The translations under genes and the position numbers were made by a program. A DNA stretch of 64,000 nucleotides, from positions 16,368,001-16,432,000 of the forward strand of contig OZ038378.1 of NCBI GenBank assembly GCA_964036045.1, read 5' to 3'. Each line of letters begins with the position of its first letter. Position 1 is the stretch's first letter. Shown piece by piece: positions 34,579-47,383 of the stretch. The notes under the pieces were generated by a model that searched no databases, had not been told where the DNA came from, and saw only the letters and a list, made by a program, of their open reading frames with translations. The stretch is from Eutreptiella sp. 'Long Island Sound 2002' (lineage: Eukaryota > Protista > Euglenida).

Positions 34579-36390
34579 ATGGCTGAGCCCCCAGACCGGT
34601 ACATATGTCCCATCACACAAGAGCTTATGACCACGCCGATGATGGACCGGGAGGGCCACAACTTTGAAAAAGAAGCCATTGAGGCCTGGCTCCAACGTCA
34701 GAGCGAGTGTCCCATGGGTCGCGAGCCTTTGACGTTGGAGGGCCTCTTCTTTAATCGCGCTCTGAGGGAGGAAATCGTGGACTGGCAGGCGCGTCAGGAG
34801 GAGGCAGCCCCTGCAGCTAAATCCTCGGTGCCCGACCCATGTGAAGCTCCAGCACCCTCTGCCCCTCTGGAGGCTCCAGCGGTGCCTGCAAGCCCTGACG
34901 CCCCATGGCTGCAGTACAATATCGCCCAGGAGGACTATGACCACATCTTCGCCCAATTTCTGACCTTCGATGTGGACGGCAGCGGGCGCCTCGACAAGTC
35001 GGAGCTCCAGCGGTTGTGCCGCTACTTGAACTACCCGAGCCGTGACGAGGACGTGGCAAAGATGGTGGCGGAGGCTGGCGGCGGTGGGCAGGAGGGCACC
35101 CTGGACACGCCCGCATTCATGGCATACACGCTGCACAAGCGCCCACGGCCAGAGCTGCTGTATGGCATGTCCAAGAACCAATACGAGAACTTCATGATGC
35201 AGTTCCACGCCCATGATCGCGAGCGGACGGGGGTCTTGACCTGTGAAGAGCTGGAGCAGCTGTGCATTGCGCAGGGGTACCCGCACGACGCCGCCACACT
35301 GCAGCGCCTGTTCAGCACGATGGACACCGACACGTCAAATGGCATCGATGCCCACGAATTCCTCATGTTCATGCGCTACAATGACCCACGCAAACCCCAA
35401 GGCACTGTGATGCCCACGAAGTATAACCCCAACGCTACACCCCAGCCCCCGGCGCCTCCGCATGTTGGCGAGCCTCCCGCGAATCCATCAAGTTCGGGAG
35501 GCCCAAGTGCTCCCAATCAATCGTCATACGCTGACAGCGCCCCATTCCGTGTGCCGAGTGATAGTCAGGCAAATCAGCCGGCATTGACCGACTCCAACAA
35601 CTCTGCGCACCCTTCGCCGAACCAGTCTTCGGCTCCCACATCCAACCAGTGCCCATACCCACCGCCCAATCAGGCCCCATACCCACCGCCGAATCAGGCC
35701 CCATACCCACCGCCGAATCAGGCCCCATACCCACCGCCGAATCAGGCCCCATACCCACCGCCGAATCAGGCCCCATACCCACCGCCGAATCAGGCCCCTT
35801 ACCCACCACCTAATCAGGCCCCTTACCCACCACCCAATCAGTACGGCTACCCACCACAGAACCAGTGCGGATACCCGCCTCCAAATCAGTGCGGATATCC
35901 ACCTCCCGATCACTCGTCATCCCAGTCCCCCAATCAAGCCCCGTATCCACCTCCAAACCCGTCTGCATACCCACCTCCCAATCAGCCAATGTATCCACCT
36001 CCAAACCAGTCGCCCCCAAATCAGGCCCCATATCCACCACCTTCCAATCAGAGTTCATATCCACCTTCTCATCAGTCACCGTATCCACCTCCCAATCAGA
36101 ACCCATACCCACCTCCTAATCAGAGCCCATACCCACCACCAAATCAAAACCCATACCCACCTCCCAATCAACCTCCCAATCAGGCCCCATACCCACCACC
36201 TCCTAATCAGGCCCCATATCCACCTCCCAATCAGAGTCCATACCCTCCCCCGAATCAAAGCCCGTACCCTCCCCCAAATCAAAGCCCGTACCCTCCCCCA
36301 AATCAAAGCCCGTACCCACTTCCAAATCAACCTCCGAACCAGCCATCATATCCACCCGCCAATCAGCCCCCATATCCGCCTGCAAACTAA
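34579..36390 (+). CDS. Intronless U-box E3 ligase with two EF-hand pairs and a long Pro/Tyr/Asn/Gln repeat tail
   Basis: U-box: PDRYICPITQELMTTPMMDREGHNFEKEAIEAWL...CPMGREPL...LFFNRALREEI. EF loops DVDGSGRLDKSE, DRERTGVLTCEE and DTDTSNGIDAHE, plus one degenerate loop. Roughly 28-30 PPPNQ(A/S)PY-type units follow. ATG at 34579 lies downstream of ttacAG (34558) and a pyrimidine tract. The track's start at 34447 is a non-ATG extension. Confidence 0.92.
   Translation: MAEPPDRYICPITQELMTTPMMDREGHNFEKEAIEAWLQRQSECPMGREPLTLEGLFFNRALREEIVDWQARQEEAAPAAKSSVPDPCEAPAPSAPLEAPAVPASPDAPWLQYNIAQEDYDHIFAQFLTFDVDGSGRLDKSELQRLCRYLNYPSRDEDVAKMVAEAGGGGQEGTLDTPAFMAYTLHKRPRPELLYGMSKNQYENFMMQFHAHDRERTGVLTCEELEQLCIAQGYPHDAATLQRLFSTMDTDTSNGIDAHEFLMFMRYNDPRKPQGTVMPTKYNPNATPQPPAPPHVGEPPANPSSSGGPSAPNQSSYADSAPFRVPSDSQANQPALTDSNNSAHPSPNQSSAPTSNQCPYPPPNQAPYPPPNQAPYPPPNQAPYPPPNQAPYPPPNQAPYPPPNQAPYPPPNQAPYPPPNQYGYPPQNQCGYPPPNQCGYPPPDHSSSQSPNQAPYPPPNPSAYPPPNQPMYPPPNQSPPNQAPYPPPSNQSSYPPSHQSPYPPPNQNPYPPPNQSPYPPPNQNPYPPPNQPPNQAPYPPPPNQAPYPPPNQSPYPPPNQSPYPPPNQSPYPPPNQSPYPLPNQPPNQPSYPPANQPPYPPAN
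35650..36387 (+). repeat. Coding 24-bp tandem repeat (PPPNQAPY)
   Basis: Unit CCATACCCACCGCCGAATCAGGCC is near-perfect in 35650-35830 and synonymously diverged further downstream. Confidence 0.95.
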
Positions 36391-37290
36391 TCTTCGTAGC
36401 TACCTCCTGACGAACCCCCTTATCCTTCTGCAAACACTTCTCAACTGTCCACTGGGCAGTCAATCCAATCCTCGGCCCGGTCAAAAGTCGCTTACATCTC
36501 CTTTCAGCCCCCCGTCTGATAATATCTGCAGTCAGCCAGGTGCCAAGAGTCATGACCGTTAATGATTTTGCAATCCCGCCATGCATTCTCATTTGTGACG
36601 CGATTGTGATGTTGGCGACGGCTTTGGTTGCAGTTGCAGTCGTGGCAGCTGCCGTGCAGTCCGTGTCTTGGGCTGTTTCTCCGGCTCTGCACAGAGGACT
36701 CTGACGACAGGCAGTTCAAGTGCAGTTCAAAGAAGCAACAGGACCTGCACACGGGAAGGAAGGCCTCAAAACATCAGAAATGTCTTGAAAGTAAAAGGAG
36801 GACGTTTTCCGCTTTTTGGGGGGGGGGGGTGGCTTGCAACACTGAAATATCCATAGAATGCTTTTAATGACTGACTCACGCCAGGTCTTTCAGGAGGTCT
36901 TCCATTATTCATATCTTTTTTTCGTGAAGCCCCCCCCCCTTTATCGGGCAGGCAAGGCAACGTAGTCGGGCAGGGCCCGTTGCATAGGGCTGTAATTTGG
37001 CTGTATTTTAGCAATGAGATCTTTCTTATCTGCTCAATAAGGACAGCCTCAGGTTTTGGGTGGTAGGTGGTGGGTGCGCCTAATCGACGGTGGTTGGCGC
37101 TCGGCCGATGGCTGTTGGCCGTCAACCGACAGCAGTTATTGGTCGCCTGGTGCTCTTTGAGATCTAGGCGTACACTTTTGCCATCATTTTTTTCTCAAGA
37201 CAGCCCTGCTTTACACAAACAACGGCAGCATATGCGTTATATTTGAACGTGCATGAGATTACCCCCGTGCACTCTTCCACAGCCACCAAC

Positions 37291-37376
37291 CTGTGTGTGT
37301 GTGTGTGTGTGTGTCTGTGTATTTGTGTGTGTGCGTGCGTGCGTGCGTGCATGCGTGCGTGCGTGGGTGTGTGTCG

Positions 37377-37424
<48 letters not shown>

Positions 37425-37517
37425 TCCGCGCGTGCGCGTGCGCGTGCGTGCGTGCGTGTGGGTCGGTGGGTGCGTGCGTGCGTGCATGCGTGTGTGTGTG
37501 TGTGTGTGTGTGTGGGT
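37291..37517 (+). repeat. (TG)n/(TGCG)n compound microsatellite
   Basis: Seen directly. Confidence 0.98.
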
Positions 37518-40500
37518 GCTGAAGGCGCTGTTACCACAAAGCAATGGCCGGGATGTCGTATCAATGGGAACTGGTAGACGGGTGCATGTGGCATCGTGGT
37601 GGTTGTGGGTCGCTTGACAAAATATTATCTGAGTGTCGCCATGCATTTGCGGGCATGCAAGGCTTTTTGGGCACGCAAGTCTTTCATTTCAGACAGACCG
37701 AAGCCGCAAGGTCTCTTTAACTTGCAATATTTTCTCCTTCTGCAAAAGGTGGTGCATCATTTACCCACGTGCTCAGGTCCACCGTCACAGGTGTCTGTCT
37801 TTGCACCTCCACCCAAATAAAAAGAAGATCCATATTTGCCACATCAGCAGTGCACCCCGGGGTGCGTTGCCGACCCGTGCCTCACGCACGTGGTGTAAAT
37901 AATTCCCACAGTAGTATAGTTGCTGTCGGACTTTTCAGAGTCGTTGCCCCGCGCTTGGTTCCCCTTGCAAGCCTGCTTTGGAAGCTACACCCAGGGACCT
38001 TCAGACCATGTTGTCAGGGAGCAAGCTCATTGCCATCTGCAATGATGTACCTTCATGTCCCATTGGTTCGCGCACCAATGGCGCTTGCTGGAGTACCTCT
38101 GGGACAATCGTGAGGGGATCTCTCTGGAAGGGAATGGTATGTATACACCCTGAATATCTGCACCCGTCCCCCTGGTAAGTGACGTACTTTGCAACATCCA
38201 GGCCAACAGGCAACCCCACGGCAACGTGCAGTGAACACCACGCCAGCGGAAAACTTTGACCCAGACACCAACAGCGGGCTTCAATGCCCACGCCGACAGG
38301 GTGCCTTGAAGCCCATGCCTCCGGAAGATAGGGAGCAACATTGCACAACAGGGTTCTTGAAAGGCTGGTTGGGCCCGCGTTCCGGAGGGACCCGGAGGGT
38401 AGGTTGCGGAGTAGCATGCAGAGCACATGTACTGCGCAAAGTGGCAAGGCGCCCCCAAAGTGGCAAGGCGCCCCCGTGGTCTAAAGTGGGTGACAAACGG
38501 TAGTGAGGGGGTATGAACGAGCGGTGCATGCAACCGGTGGCCTGTGGGTGGTGTGTGATATTCACTGGTGGTTTCAATGTGGTGTCAGAAGAGTATGGCT
38601 CAGGCTTACAGCCAACAACGCGATGTCCATGCAATCCCCTCAGCTCCCAAAGTGCAAGTAATCCTGGGCTATCACATTATCCTCAGTCTTGATCTCCCAC
38701 GACCTTGTACACTCGTCGGCAAATGTAACTGTTTACAACGGTCCACAACCGTGCACAATGCTCCTTAACCCTCCAACCGGTAACATAACCCTGAAAAAAA
38801 GTTCATGCACCCATCACAACCACCTCTCAACAATTGTCCGTCCGGTTATATGATCCTGGGCAAGTCTCAACCACCTTTGACAGGTGCCTCTCTCTTTCTC
38901 GAACCCCTTGCCTTTGGTTGCTCACCCAATCTGCCAGGATGACACACTTGCACCTATTTTTTCTGTAGGCAAACGCTTGGTTGTGGCAAATGCAAACACA
39001 GCATGCAGCCGTCGTGCAATCGAGACATCTTTCTCACAAGCTGTCCAGCAGCAATAGGGTGCGGAACTGAATGGAGATATTACAGCTGCACTGATCAATG
39101 GCTACGCGTTACCCCTTAATCCCCTCTTCTGCTTTGGACTCCTTCCCCAACTTCTTTTAAACGGACGGTTGATGTTAAACTCAGGGGCCCGTAGTTTTTT
39201 GCTCTTTCTTGGTTAGACGACGCTATCTACAAGGCAGGGTGCCAAGGTAACCAAGGGGTTCGTTCGCCAGCAAGGGGGCGGGGGGCGGGGACGATTGGTT
39301 GATGGCTAAAATTTTCGCAATTGCTTGATGTCTCCCAGTTTGGGGATGAACCACAGCCCTCCTCCTCAGATTCGGACTCCAGAGCGTCCAGTGACAACGA
39401 ATATGTCGGTAATGAAGACAATGGATCCAGCTCTGATGGGTCCAGCTCCGATGGGCGCCTTGAGATTTCTGCTCGTTTGCATCATGTTCCTCACACCATG
39501 CACATCTATGCATGTTAGGGTGTATCTAGCGGCCTGTGGCAAACAACAGCAAGCAAGTGACCACCGTGTGAATTGTGCACCGTTTGGGTCGATCAGTCTT
39601 TGGGGGGAGTGGCACGGGAGAAGAAAGTCATGTGATACCCATTTCCTGGCTGTTTTCTGGGTGCCAATGTTGCTGTGTTGTACCTTTCTGTGAGGGTTCA
39701 ATGGGGGGGGGGGGGGGGGTGAAAGCTGTGGAATTACCCCAAACGGTGCGCACCGTGCGCACACCGTGCAGCCGTTCCCACTTGGTCTGCAGTGGTGTCC
39801 ATCCCCACCGCAGGGGGAACCATCACTTTGGCGACAGTGACCCCGGGGTGGGGGGGTGAACTGTCGTCCCTTGGGGGGAGGGGGAGGTCATCCACAGTCC
39901 TTGATGAATTGTGCAGTGTCAGCACTCTGCCTGGACATTGGATACCTCTCTGATTTCCCCTGCAGGAAGGCATAATGTCATGCCCTCCTGGGGTTCCAAG
40001 ACAGCATAGTTCTCCATTGACAACACTTATGATGCAGCGAATGAGTTCACCTCTTTCACTTATTTCACCTTGGTCATTCCTAGCACCCTCGAAGCCATTT
40101 TGTTGTTTGCTTGGCCATGCCCCCCAATCACCTTTCCGTAAACTTATCAGGGGATCTGCCGCCAAATTTCTAAATCTGGCCAACCAACCTCAAGATCCCT
40201 TTGGAAGTGTGCAGCCGCTGCTTCATGGTGGGCTGCATTGGGCATGGAGCCAGTGGTGCGGTGTGGCCAATGAGCGTTGGGTTGACTCTTTGTGTGTATG
40301 AGACAATTAGGATGATGCTGGGATTCACCCAACTTTCGATTTACCATGAGGGAAAACAAGTAGAGAAGTACACTACCGAAGTTCCCACGGGGGGCGCTTA
40401 CATGTGAGGCTTGACACCAACCCTCCCCCCCCTCTGGACCCCCCAACCCACACTAGTCAGCACCTGGTTAGAACTGGCAATTTGGGCGCTAGCGGCGCCC

Positions 40501-41429
40501 GGAAATTTTCTTGAGCCTGGAAAATTTTAAAAACACTTGATTTTCCCCCACTTGTTTACATTCAAAATGGTCACAATGAGTTAGGGAATGCCGTGCCACA
40601 TGTCTTCTTCTGCTGGCCGGGAAGCCTTTGCTGATTCAGAGGTACATCTGTTGGAATATGGTACTGTTTTTCATTTGTTGTGAGTGGTAAAACCAAATTA
40701 CACCCCACTTGTGTATATTCAAAATGATCAGAATGAAATGGGGAATCCAAAAATGCCCCACCCCCCTCCCAGAACCCCCCCCCCCCCCCCGCCCACGCCG
40801 CGGGGGTTGGTGTCTAGAACTGAATTGTAGACCCCGCCATGCAAGTTCCTGAGAAATGACGCTCCCACACTAAGCATGCGATGCAAAGTGTTGCATATGC
40901 ATATGCATATGCATATGAAGCCCTAGTCATTTGGGTGGTAAGGGTTGGGAAGGGTGGTTGAAGATTACAAAGGGTATTTACAATTGTTCTGAGAGATGAG
41001 GATAGTTATTGCACTTGGTGACCTCCCGCAAGCCCTGTTTCACCCAAATTGCACTATTTGTGGTCGAGAGCATCCGCCCAGCTTCACCAAGTCATCAAAG
41101 CCTATTGGCGTTGCCAGCGGGCTAGATGCTATAGGGGCAGATATCTGATTGTGGTTCGAACAAAATGGCTGAGAGAGAGGGAGAGGGAGATAAAAGCGCC
41201 ACCAAATGGTGAGGAATGGTGATGAGGGTGGTGGTGATGACACCAAACCAAGAGACCACATCATCCCCCTCCAAATCCGGGTGTCCTGCTTCAAATGGCC
41301 CAAGTGCCCATGTCCATTGCCATGTCTGTGGCTCATGGCCCATGCTGTGGCCATCTCCATAGCTAAATGCATGCTATGCCTACCATGCAAGTCATGCATT
41401 CGATGCCACACATCCAAGCATAGGCCACA

Positions 41430-42100
41430 TAAACCCCCCCCAAAATTTATACCCCTCCCAATATTTATCCCCCCCCCAATATTTATACCCCCCTAGGCTT
41501 ATTGGGCGTTTTGCCAAAATCTGTCCCCCCTTCAGCCCTGCACAAGGAAACACAACACGAACAAATCCAGGGTACAATCTCAACACCATTGGAATGGTCA
41601 CTCACTTGAAGAAGGCGGTGATTGTGGTTTGCTTCTTGACATTGGAAACACTGCTGGAGGCATGGGCCCAGCAGCAGAAGGTGCTGCCCCAGCGCCATCA
41701 GCACCAGTTACACACACATCAATGACATGCTCATTAGGATCAAACTTGTACTCTGGTACCAGCCTCCTCCAGAATTTCAGCAACATCATCCAGAATATTA
41801 TGCAAAGTATCTTTCCTGATAGCAAAGAAATAGACATCCAGATGCTGTAAAAAAGAGGTGGTTCCTTCCGGTATGCGACACACCCAAGTGTTGACGGCAT
41901 GGAACATACATAAAACCTGTTTCTTGAAGTGTGCACCCAAGGCATCTGCCAAGAGTACCTTCTTGTGGGGTTGTTGTTTTACAGCACGTTGCCACAGTGG
42001 CCCAAAATTTATACCCCCCCAAAATTTATACCCCCCTGGCCTTATTGGGCGTTCTGCCGAAATCTATACCCCGGGGTATACATTTGGGGGGGGGGGGTTA
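41430..42100 (-). mobile_element. Internally deleted pogo-like (Tc1/mariner superfamily, DDE_1) DNA transposon with TIRs and terminal TA
   Basis: Left end TAAACCCCCCCCAAAATTTATACCCC (41430) and right end GGGGTATACATTTGGGGGGGGGGGGTTA (to 42100) are imperfect inverted repeats bounded by TA. The minus-strand ORF 41740-41952 contains RIPEGTTSFLQHLDVYFF, matching the DDE_1 motif IPxGxTSxLQPLD. Confidence 0.72.
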
Positions 42101-42427
42101 GCATAGCATAGCACAGCATAGGCGCACTAGCATTCCCTTTTCCCATTTCCTTACCCATAGCAGTTTACTCCATGAACAGGGCAACTCCTGTTCTGGGCAT
42201 CCATCAAGTACAAAATGGGCTAGTAGGATTGCTCAATATTGTACCATTCCGCCTCAAGAGCAGATAGTACTCAGATGGCTGATGTACTGCTAAGCATGTT
42301 GTTGATGTGCTCAACAATCATTGATAACCGAGCTACAAAAGCACATAAATGGGTTGTCCCATGGGTATGGTACAGTGCGCTTGTTGCACTTGTTAGTTTG
42401 TACATTCACTCCATGTAGGACAGTCCG

Positions 42428-42428
<1 letters not shown>

Positions 42429-42512
<84 letters not shown>
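42429..42512 (+). repeat. (TG)n microsatellite
   Basis: Seen directly. Confidence 0.99.
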
Positions 42513-42513
<1 letters not shown>

Positions 42514-44096
42514 CACCCAATTCATTCGAATCAGCTCAAACTGCGAGGTTCAACAACTACGTCCTACTACTGGACGACCATGTCCATGCCATGTAGGACA
42601 GTCCAGTGTGTGTCTATGTGTGTGTGTGTGTGTGTCTGTGTGGGTGTGTGGGTGTGTCAAAACAATTGGGTTATGTAGCCACACCAAAACAGTTGGGTTA
42701 TGTAGCCACACCATTCCTCTCCGCCTTGAAGTCACTGCCGGGGCAGGGTTTGCAAAGCCATGTCACTCCTCTCTACTTTGAAGGAAGACAATGATACCTA
42801 GCCAACTTTCTGGGGAAGGGGGCACATCAGCATATTGGTTGCATGCAAGGTCATGCTAGTAACTGACGTCCCTAGTTGATTATCCTCTAAGGTCGTGTTC
42901 TTCAACACACACCCCATATGCTGTTGTACATCAATGTGTAAGCCCGTGTGTTATGTTCCCAAGGGCTATATTCAAAGTCTCAAAGACAATTTGGACAAGA
43001 ATCAGCAGCTTTGGGGGCGCACGGTGCGCTGTGCCCACGCTGTGCGCGCACTGTGCGAAAAGTCGTCTGTTTTTCACCACCGGTAGCCACAGGTTCCAGG
43101 GTCCTGAATTCTGCACCATACAGCCCCTGCTGGTACACCAGGGATTTTTTCTTCTAGTCTGATGCTTGCCACGGGTCCCAGGGTCCTGAATTCTGCACCC
43201 CCAATGCTGTTTTGAATGGATCATGCACGCTTCTGTAGGTGGGTGGTTTTCAGGGGTGTTCCCGGGATAAACAACGTAGTAATAATTGGCGCTGTGCGCG
43301 CGCTGTGCGGAAACGCCCCCTTTGTACGGTTTGCTGACAGCTTTGGCCCGTGCATGTGATGTTTTGGGTGGTTGGTGGTTTCAGGTTGGTGGTTGTTGGG
43401 GGTTGAGTCACCCAACAACGGGCTCTGTGCGAAAATTTCAATGCCAGAACCCTAGAGTAGTCAGAGCAGAGGGCAAAGTTGGAGAGGAAGAGGGGCGCCA
43501 GACTGAGGTTATGAGATTGGTAGAAGGGCAAGGGGATGGCAGCAATGGGGGATTTCAAGGGGGCACTGGGAAAGTCCGACTTTCAAATGCATCAGGTGGG
43601 GGGGGCAGGGGTGTCAATAGAGCCTGCATGAAGGGTCTAGGCCAGAGGGTTGCTTGACTATCGCCCTTGGCGAATCAAAAGCGAATCAAAACAATTGATT
43701 GGATTGAAGGCACATGCTGAGTATTCTGAATCCCCTCATCGCACTGATGCCACACAAACCAGCCTGCCTTTACTAAAGTTTGCCGTCCATGTGATGTACA
43801 GGGGCCGTCTTGATCGGGATCAGCCCCTTTTTGAATGTAAGGGGCATCCGCCCACCACCACCTCCCCTGATCATTTGCACGCCCAGCCCTGCTCTCAGAG
43901 CATGTATGTACCAAAGCGCACCATTCCACTGTGTTACATACTTCTTCGCACCATCACACGCAAGGATCAACAGTCTGGGTCATGAAGGCGGGTGCAGCTG
44001 ACCTCCATGACCTATTTGTGGCCCGACCCGTTTTTGGCGTTTCGGCCCTCGCCCTTGTCCTCACAGGACCTGTACTCTTCGCAGTCCATTTTACAC

Positions 44097-44252
44097 ATGG
44101 CGGAGACTGGCAGTGAAGAGGTTGCAACGCAGATTCAGGCCGTGTACCGTGGCCATGCCCAACGGCGACAGACCGACAAGCTCAAGTATGACCACAACCA
44201 AAAGGCCGTCAAGGACTATCTCCATCAAAACAACATCCCCGAACTGATGCAG
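44097..44252 (+). CDS. EFCAB10-like protein (IQ motif + RIIa/Dpy-30-type D/D domain + EF-hand), exon 1
   Basis: ATG at 44097 follows pyrimidine tracts with AGs at 44066/44084. IQ motif IQAVYRGHAQRR and D/D start DYLHQNNIPELMQ. Donor GTTGAT at 44253, phase 0. Confidence 0.85.
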
Positions 44253-45153
44253 GTTGATGTCGTGGGTTCTGCGTCCTCTTTTCCCGCTTTCGGCCGTTGC
44301 CTTTGATTTCCCTCCCGAGCGCGGCCGTTTTGCCGGCCAGGGGTTTTCAGAAGAGAGAAGACGTTTCTGTTTTTGTTGTTTGGAGTGGACGGTTTGGCGG
44401 TTGGCCAGTTTGGCTGATGTCTGTTGGTGGTCAGGCATTTACCGTCGACAAATGCCGTACCACATGTGTTGAGACGAAACTCTTACTTTTTCTTTTTGAT
44501 TATTTATCCTTGTTTGTTTATTTTTTTTGTCTGTTTGCCAAGTCTTTTGGGAGGCTCTGTATAAAAGGACCGCACCCCCCCTTCCCAACTCTGCCATGGT
44601 CGCCCGAAGGGTTGGGTTGAGGGAGGGCTTCAAGAGGCAGCCGTTGCTAGTAAAAGGGCGAAAGCATGAGCTCCTGTGAAAATTGTGGAACCGTTTCAAG
44701 CTGTTGTATGCCCGGGCCACATTTTGCACTGGCAGCGTGAGTTCCCTTCGTTGCCGGTCTTCGAGTCCGTCTCTTGCTGATCATCCATGTCACCGATATT
44801 TCACTGTGCCCGTGGAATGCTGGAACTCCACATGAAAAACACGTGCACCGGAGTTTTCCCTTTGTACTGCCGCCAACCACTTCCCTGGCCCTTAGAAGGA
44901 CGCTCCCCGCTGCGTCGGTCACGTTCAACTGGTCCCACCCCACCATCCAACCCACCATCGGCAGCCTCCCCGTGAATCAGTGTCACACGCCTGCAGCAAC
45001 CTGAGCACAAGTGACGTATTCGGTGGCCCGTCGCGCGCAGTCAGGTCATGTCAAACACAGTCAAATGAGCTGTGAAGAGCAAACAGTTGACTGGGCTCAG
45101 AGGGCAACCCTCGCGGCGAGGATTATGGTCAGAGAGTGACTGCACAGGGGGGC

Positions 45154-45628
45154 GGGGGGTTGTCTCCCGCAGCCCAGATGGGCTGTTTGCGCAACAGGAG
45201 CGGGAGCCCATCAGGGGCAGACCAGCCGTGAGGGGGAAAAGGACATATGGTGGACGGCCGGGACAGCACGTGGAGGAACAGGGCACCTGGGCCTCACGCA
45301 CACAGAAACACAGCGAGGCAGGCTATGGACGGCCTGTGGACAGAGGCGCATGGACAGCAAAAACAGTCAAACGACCCCGGCAACAACCAGCACATCCTCA
45401 ATACGCCAATTATTGGGCACCGCTGACGCGCAAACGGCACATCATGCCACATTCAGCACAGCCCCAACACACCAACTACTGGGCTCCGCGAATGCGGAAA
45501 CAACACCAACAAGAGCACCGGCCGCAGCGGCCGACAGAAAGCAGCGACCCGACGCAACATGCGAAGGGAAGAATGGGTGACTGTCCAGGGCCCCGTAAAG
45601 GAACAACAACCAGACGGAATGTCACACA
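45154..45628 (+). repeat. Dispersed repeat family A, copy 2 (intron 1 of the EFCAB10-like gene)
   Basis: Same sequence as 441-911, which explains the near-duplicate spurious ORFs 512-1012 and 45072-45719. Confidence 0.93.
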
Positions 45629-45763
45629 GGGGGGCTGGGAAGCAACAGCCCTGTGCACTGCATGTCTGCGTAGCCTCTCACCGCTGCCGCCTGCATCACA
45701 CACACCAGACGTCGGTTGACGGATCAGGCCTGCGCCATTATCCCCACTGCACTCGTCTTTCAG

Positions 45764-45853
45764 CACTTATTGTCGCTCATGACGTACCATCAGCCCGCGG
45801 ATCCGAAGGCCTTCATGATCGAGGAACTAACTAAAATCCAGACACACAAATAC
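45764..45853 (+). CDS. EFCAB10-like exon 2 (D/D domain)
   Basis: Acceptor tttcAG at 45763. HLLSLMTYHQPADPKAFMIEEL completes the D/D consensus (L...LL...P..P..FL). Donor GTATGT at 45854. Confidence 0.85.
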
Positions 45854-47383
45854 GTATGTCGCCCTCCTACCCATCATTTACCGCACCCTTTTTGGGGAGG
45901 AGGGCATTTTGAGGGCGAAGGAGGGAAGAGCATTGGGCCCTGCACGCTTCTATCTGGCCACAAGAATCAGGGGATCTGTGGATCTGATATTTTGAATGGG
46001 CGTTCCGTTTTGACGTTCTCACAACACAGCACGCCGTGGTCTCATGCATACTTTATTCCGACCTGGATGCCCACCAGGTTGTCCATTTGCCTCATTGACC
46101 TAGAAAGGGGTATCCAGCCCAAGGCCAGCACCCTTGCTTTGCGATGGCCAAAATGTTGGCCGACTGGGGCAGGGTGAATGAGGGGGCAAAAAGGTATAGT
46201 TATATCTGATATCTGAGAAAATTGTGCCCGCGGAACGATTCCCCTCACAATCTTTATGGCTTGCGGCACAAGTATTCACAATGCATTAGGCAGTCCTGCA
46301 TACCGCAGCCGCAATAAAATCTTTGTTGTGGTCAGCTGTGGAGGTACTCTTACTGTTCTGATGCGGTGCGTGCACGTGTAACGACAGGGAGGCCGTCATA
46401 CTTAAAGATTGGCAGGGTTTGCATCGCACGAGCAGTGGGCTCCAACAAGGATCGTGTCACACCCACAGTCCCAGTCGGAAGAATCAAGGGGGTTTGCGTT
46501 GCACAGGCGGTGGATCTCTTCGTGAGGAGTACAAATGAAGCCTTTATGCTCAGTGGGCGGCATTCATGGTACTGGATGGCGTTACTGCAAGCTAGGCCTC
46601 CATACATGTGTGCTGACACACCTCCTTATGGTACTCGCCTGGACCCATGGTGGCTGAGCTGTGTATGGTGGGTGAGCAGGGGACACAAATCATGTCTTCA
46701 AACTGCAACTCCCCAAAAGGCTGCAGTAGATGTGAGGCGGAACATTGAGGAATGCTGGGTCAATGATCTTGTGGCCACCCCATGGCTGAGTGGATGGATG
46801 TTCCCAGGCCACTGCTCCTCCTCCTCCCCCCTCTTGCATTGCCTCCCGAGAGTCCCACACATAGAGGGGGTTCTTTTAGGAGGCAATTTTTCCCCTGCCA
46901 AAAAGAACGCCTCTTAGGAAATGCTGCAAGGATGTTGGCTGGCCACACAACAGAACTACTTATGGAGCTACTATACAAGTGTACCCCTCACCCCCTTTGC
47001 GCCAACAAGCTTTGTCCAAACAACCTTTTGTTCGGTTTGCTTCTGCATCTTTTGGAACCATGGGGCTCGTGGTCCCCTTTTGTTTGTGTGAATAAAAATG
47101 GATACGTTTGCTGTTGTTTGATATGGTTTGCTGGTTGAATGGGATTGTTTTTGATGTGCTGTTGTCTGAAGGAGTCTGGTATGCTGCACTTGTCCCCAGA
47201 TGGCCTTCCATAGGATACTGTGTGCCACAAAGTCCTGCATGAAAGCTGGATCTGCATAAACAATCTGTTGTCGTTTCCCCACCTTTTGCCCTATGCTGTT
47301 GCTTGCGCTGTGCCGCACTGTGAAATGATGCGGATGTTGGAGATGGGCTGCACGGAAGTTGGGTGGGATCACAAAACAAAACC

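Noticed and set aside
39321-39518. Acidic Ser/Asp-rich ORF
   Set aside because: Non-ATG start, no phase-consistent partner exons, and no recognisable domain.
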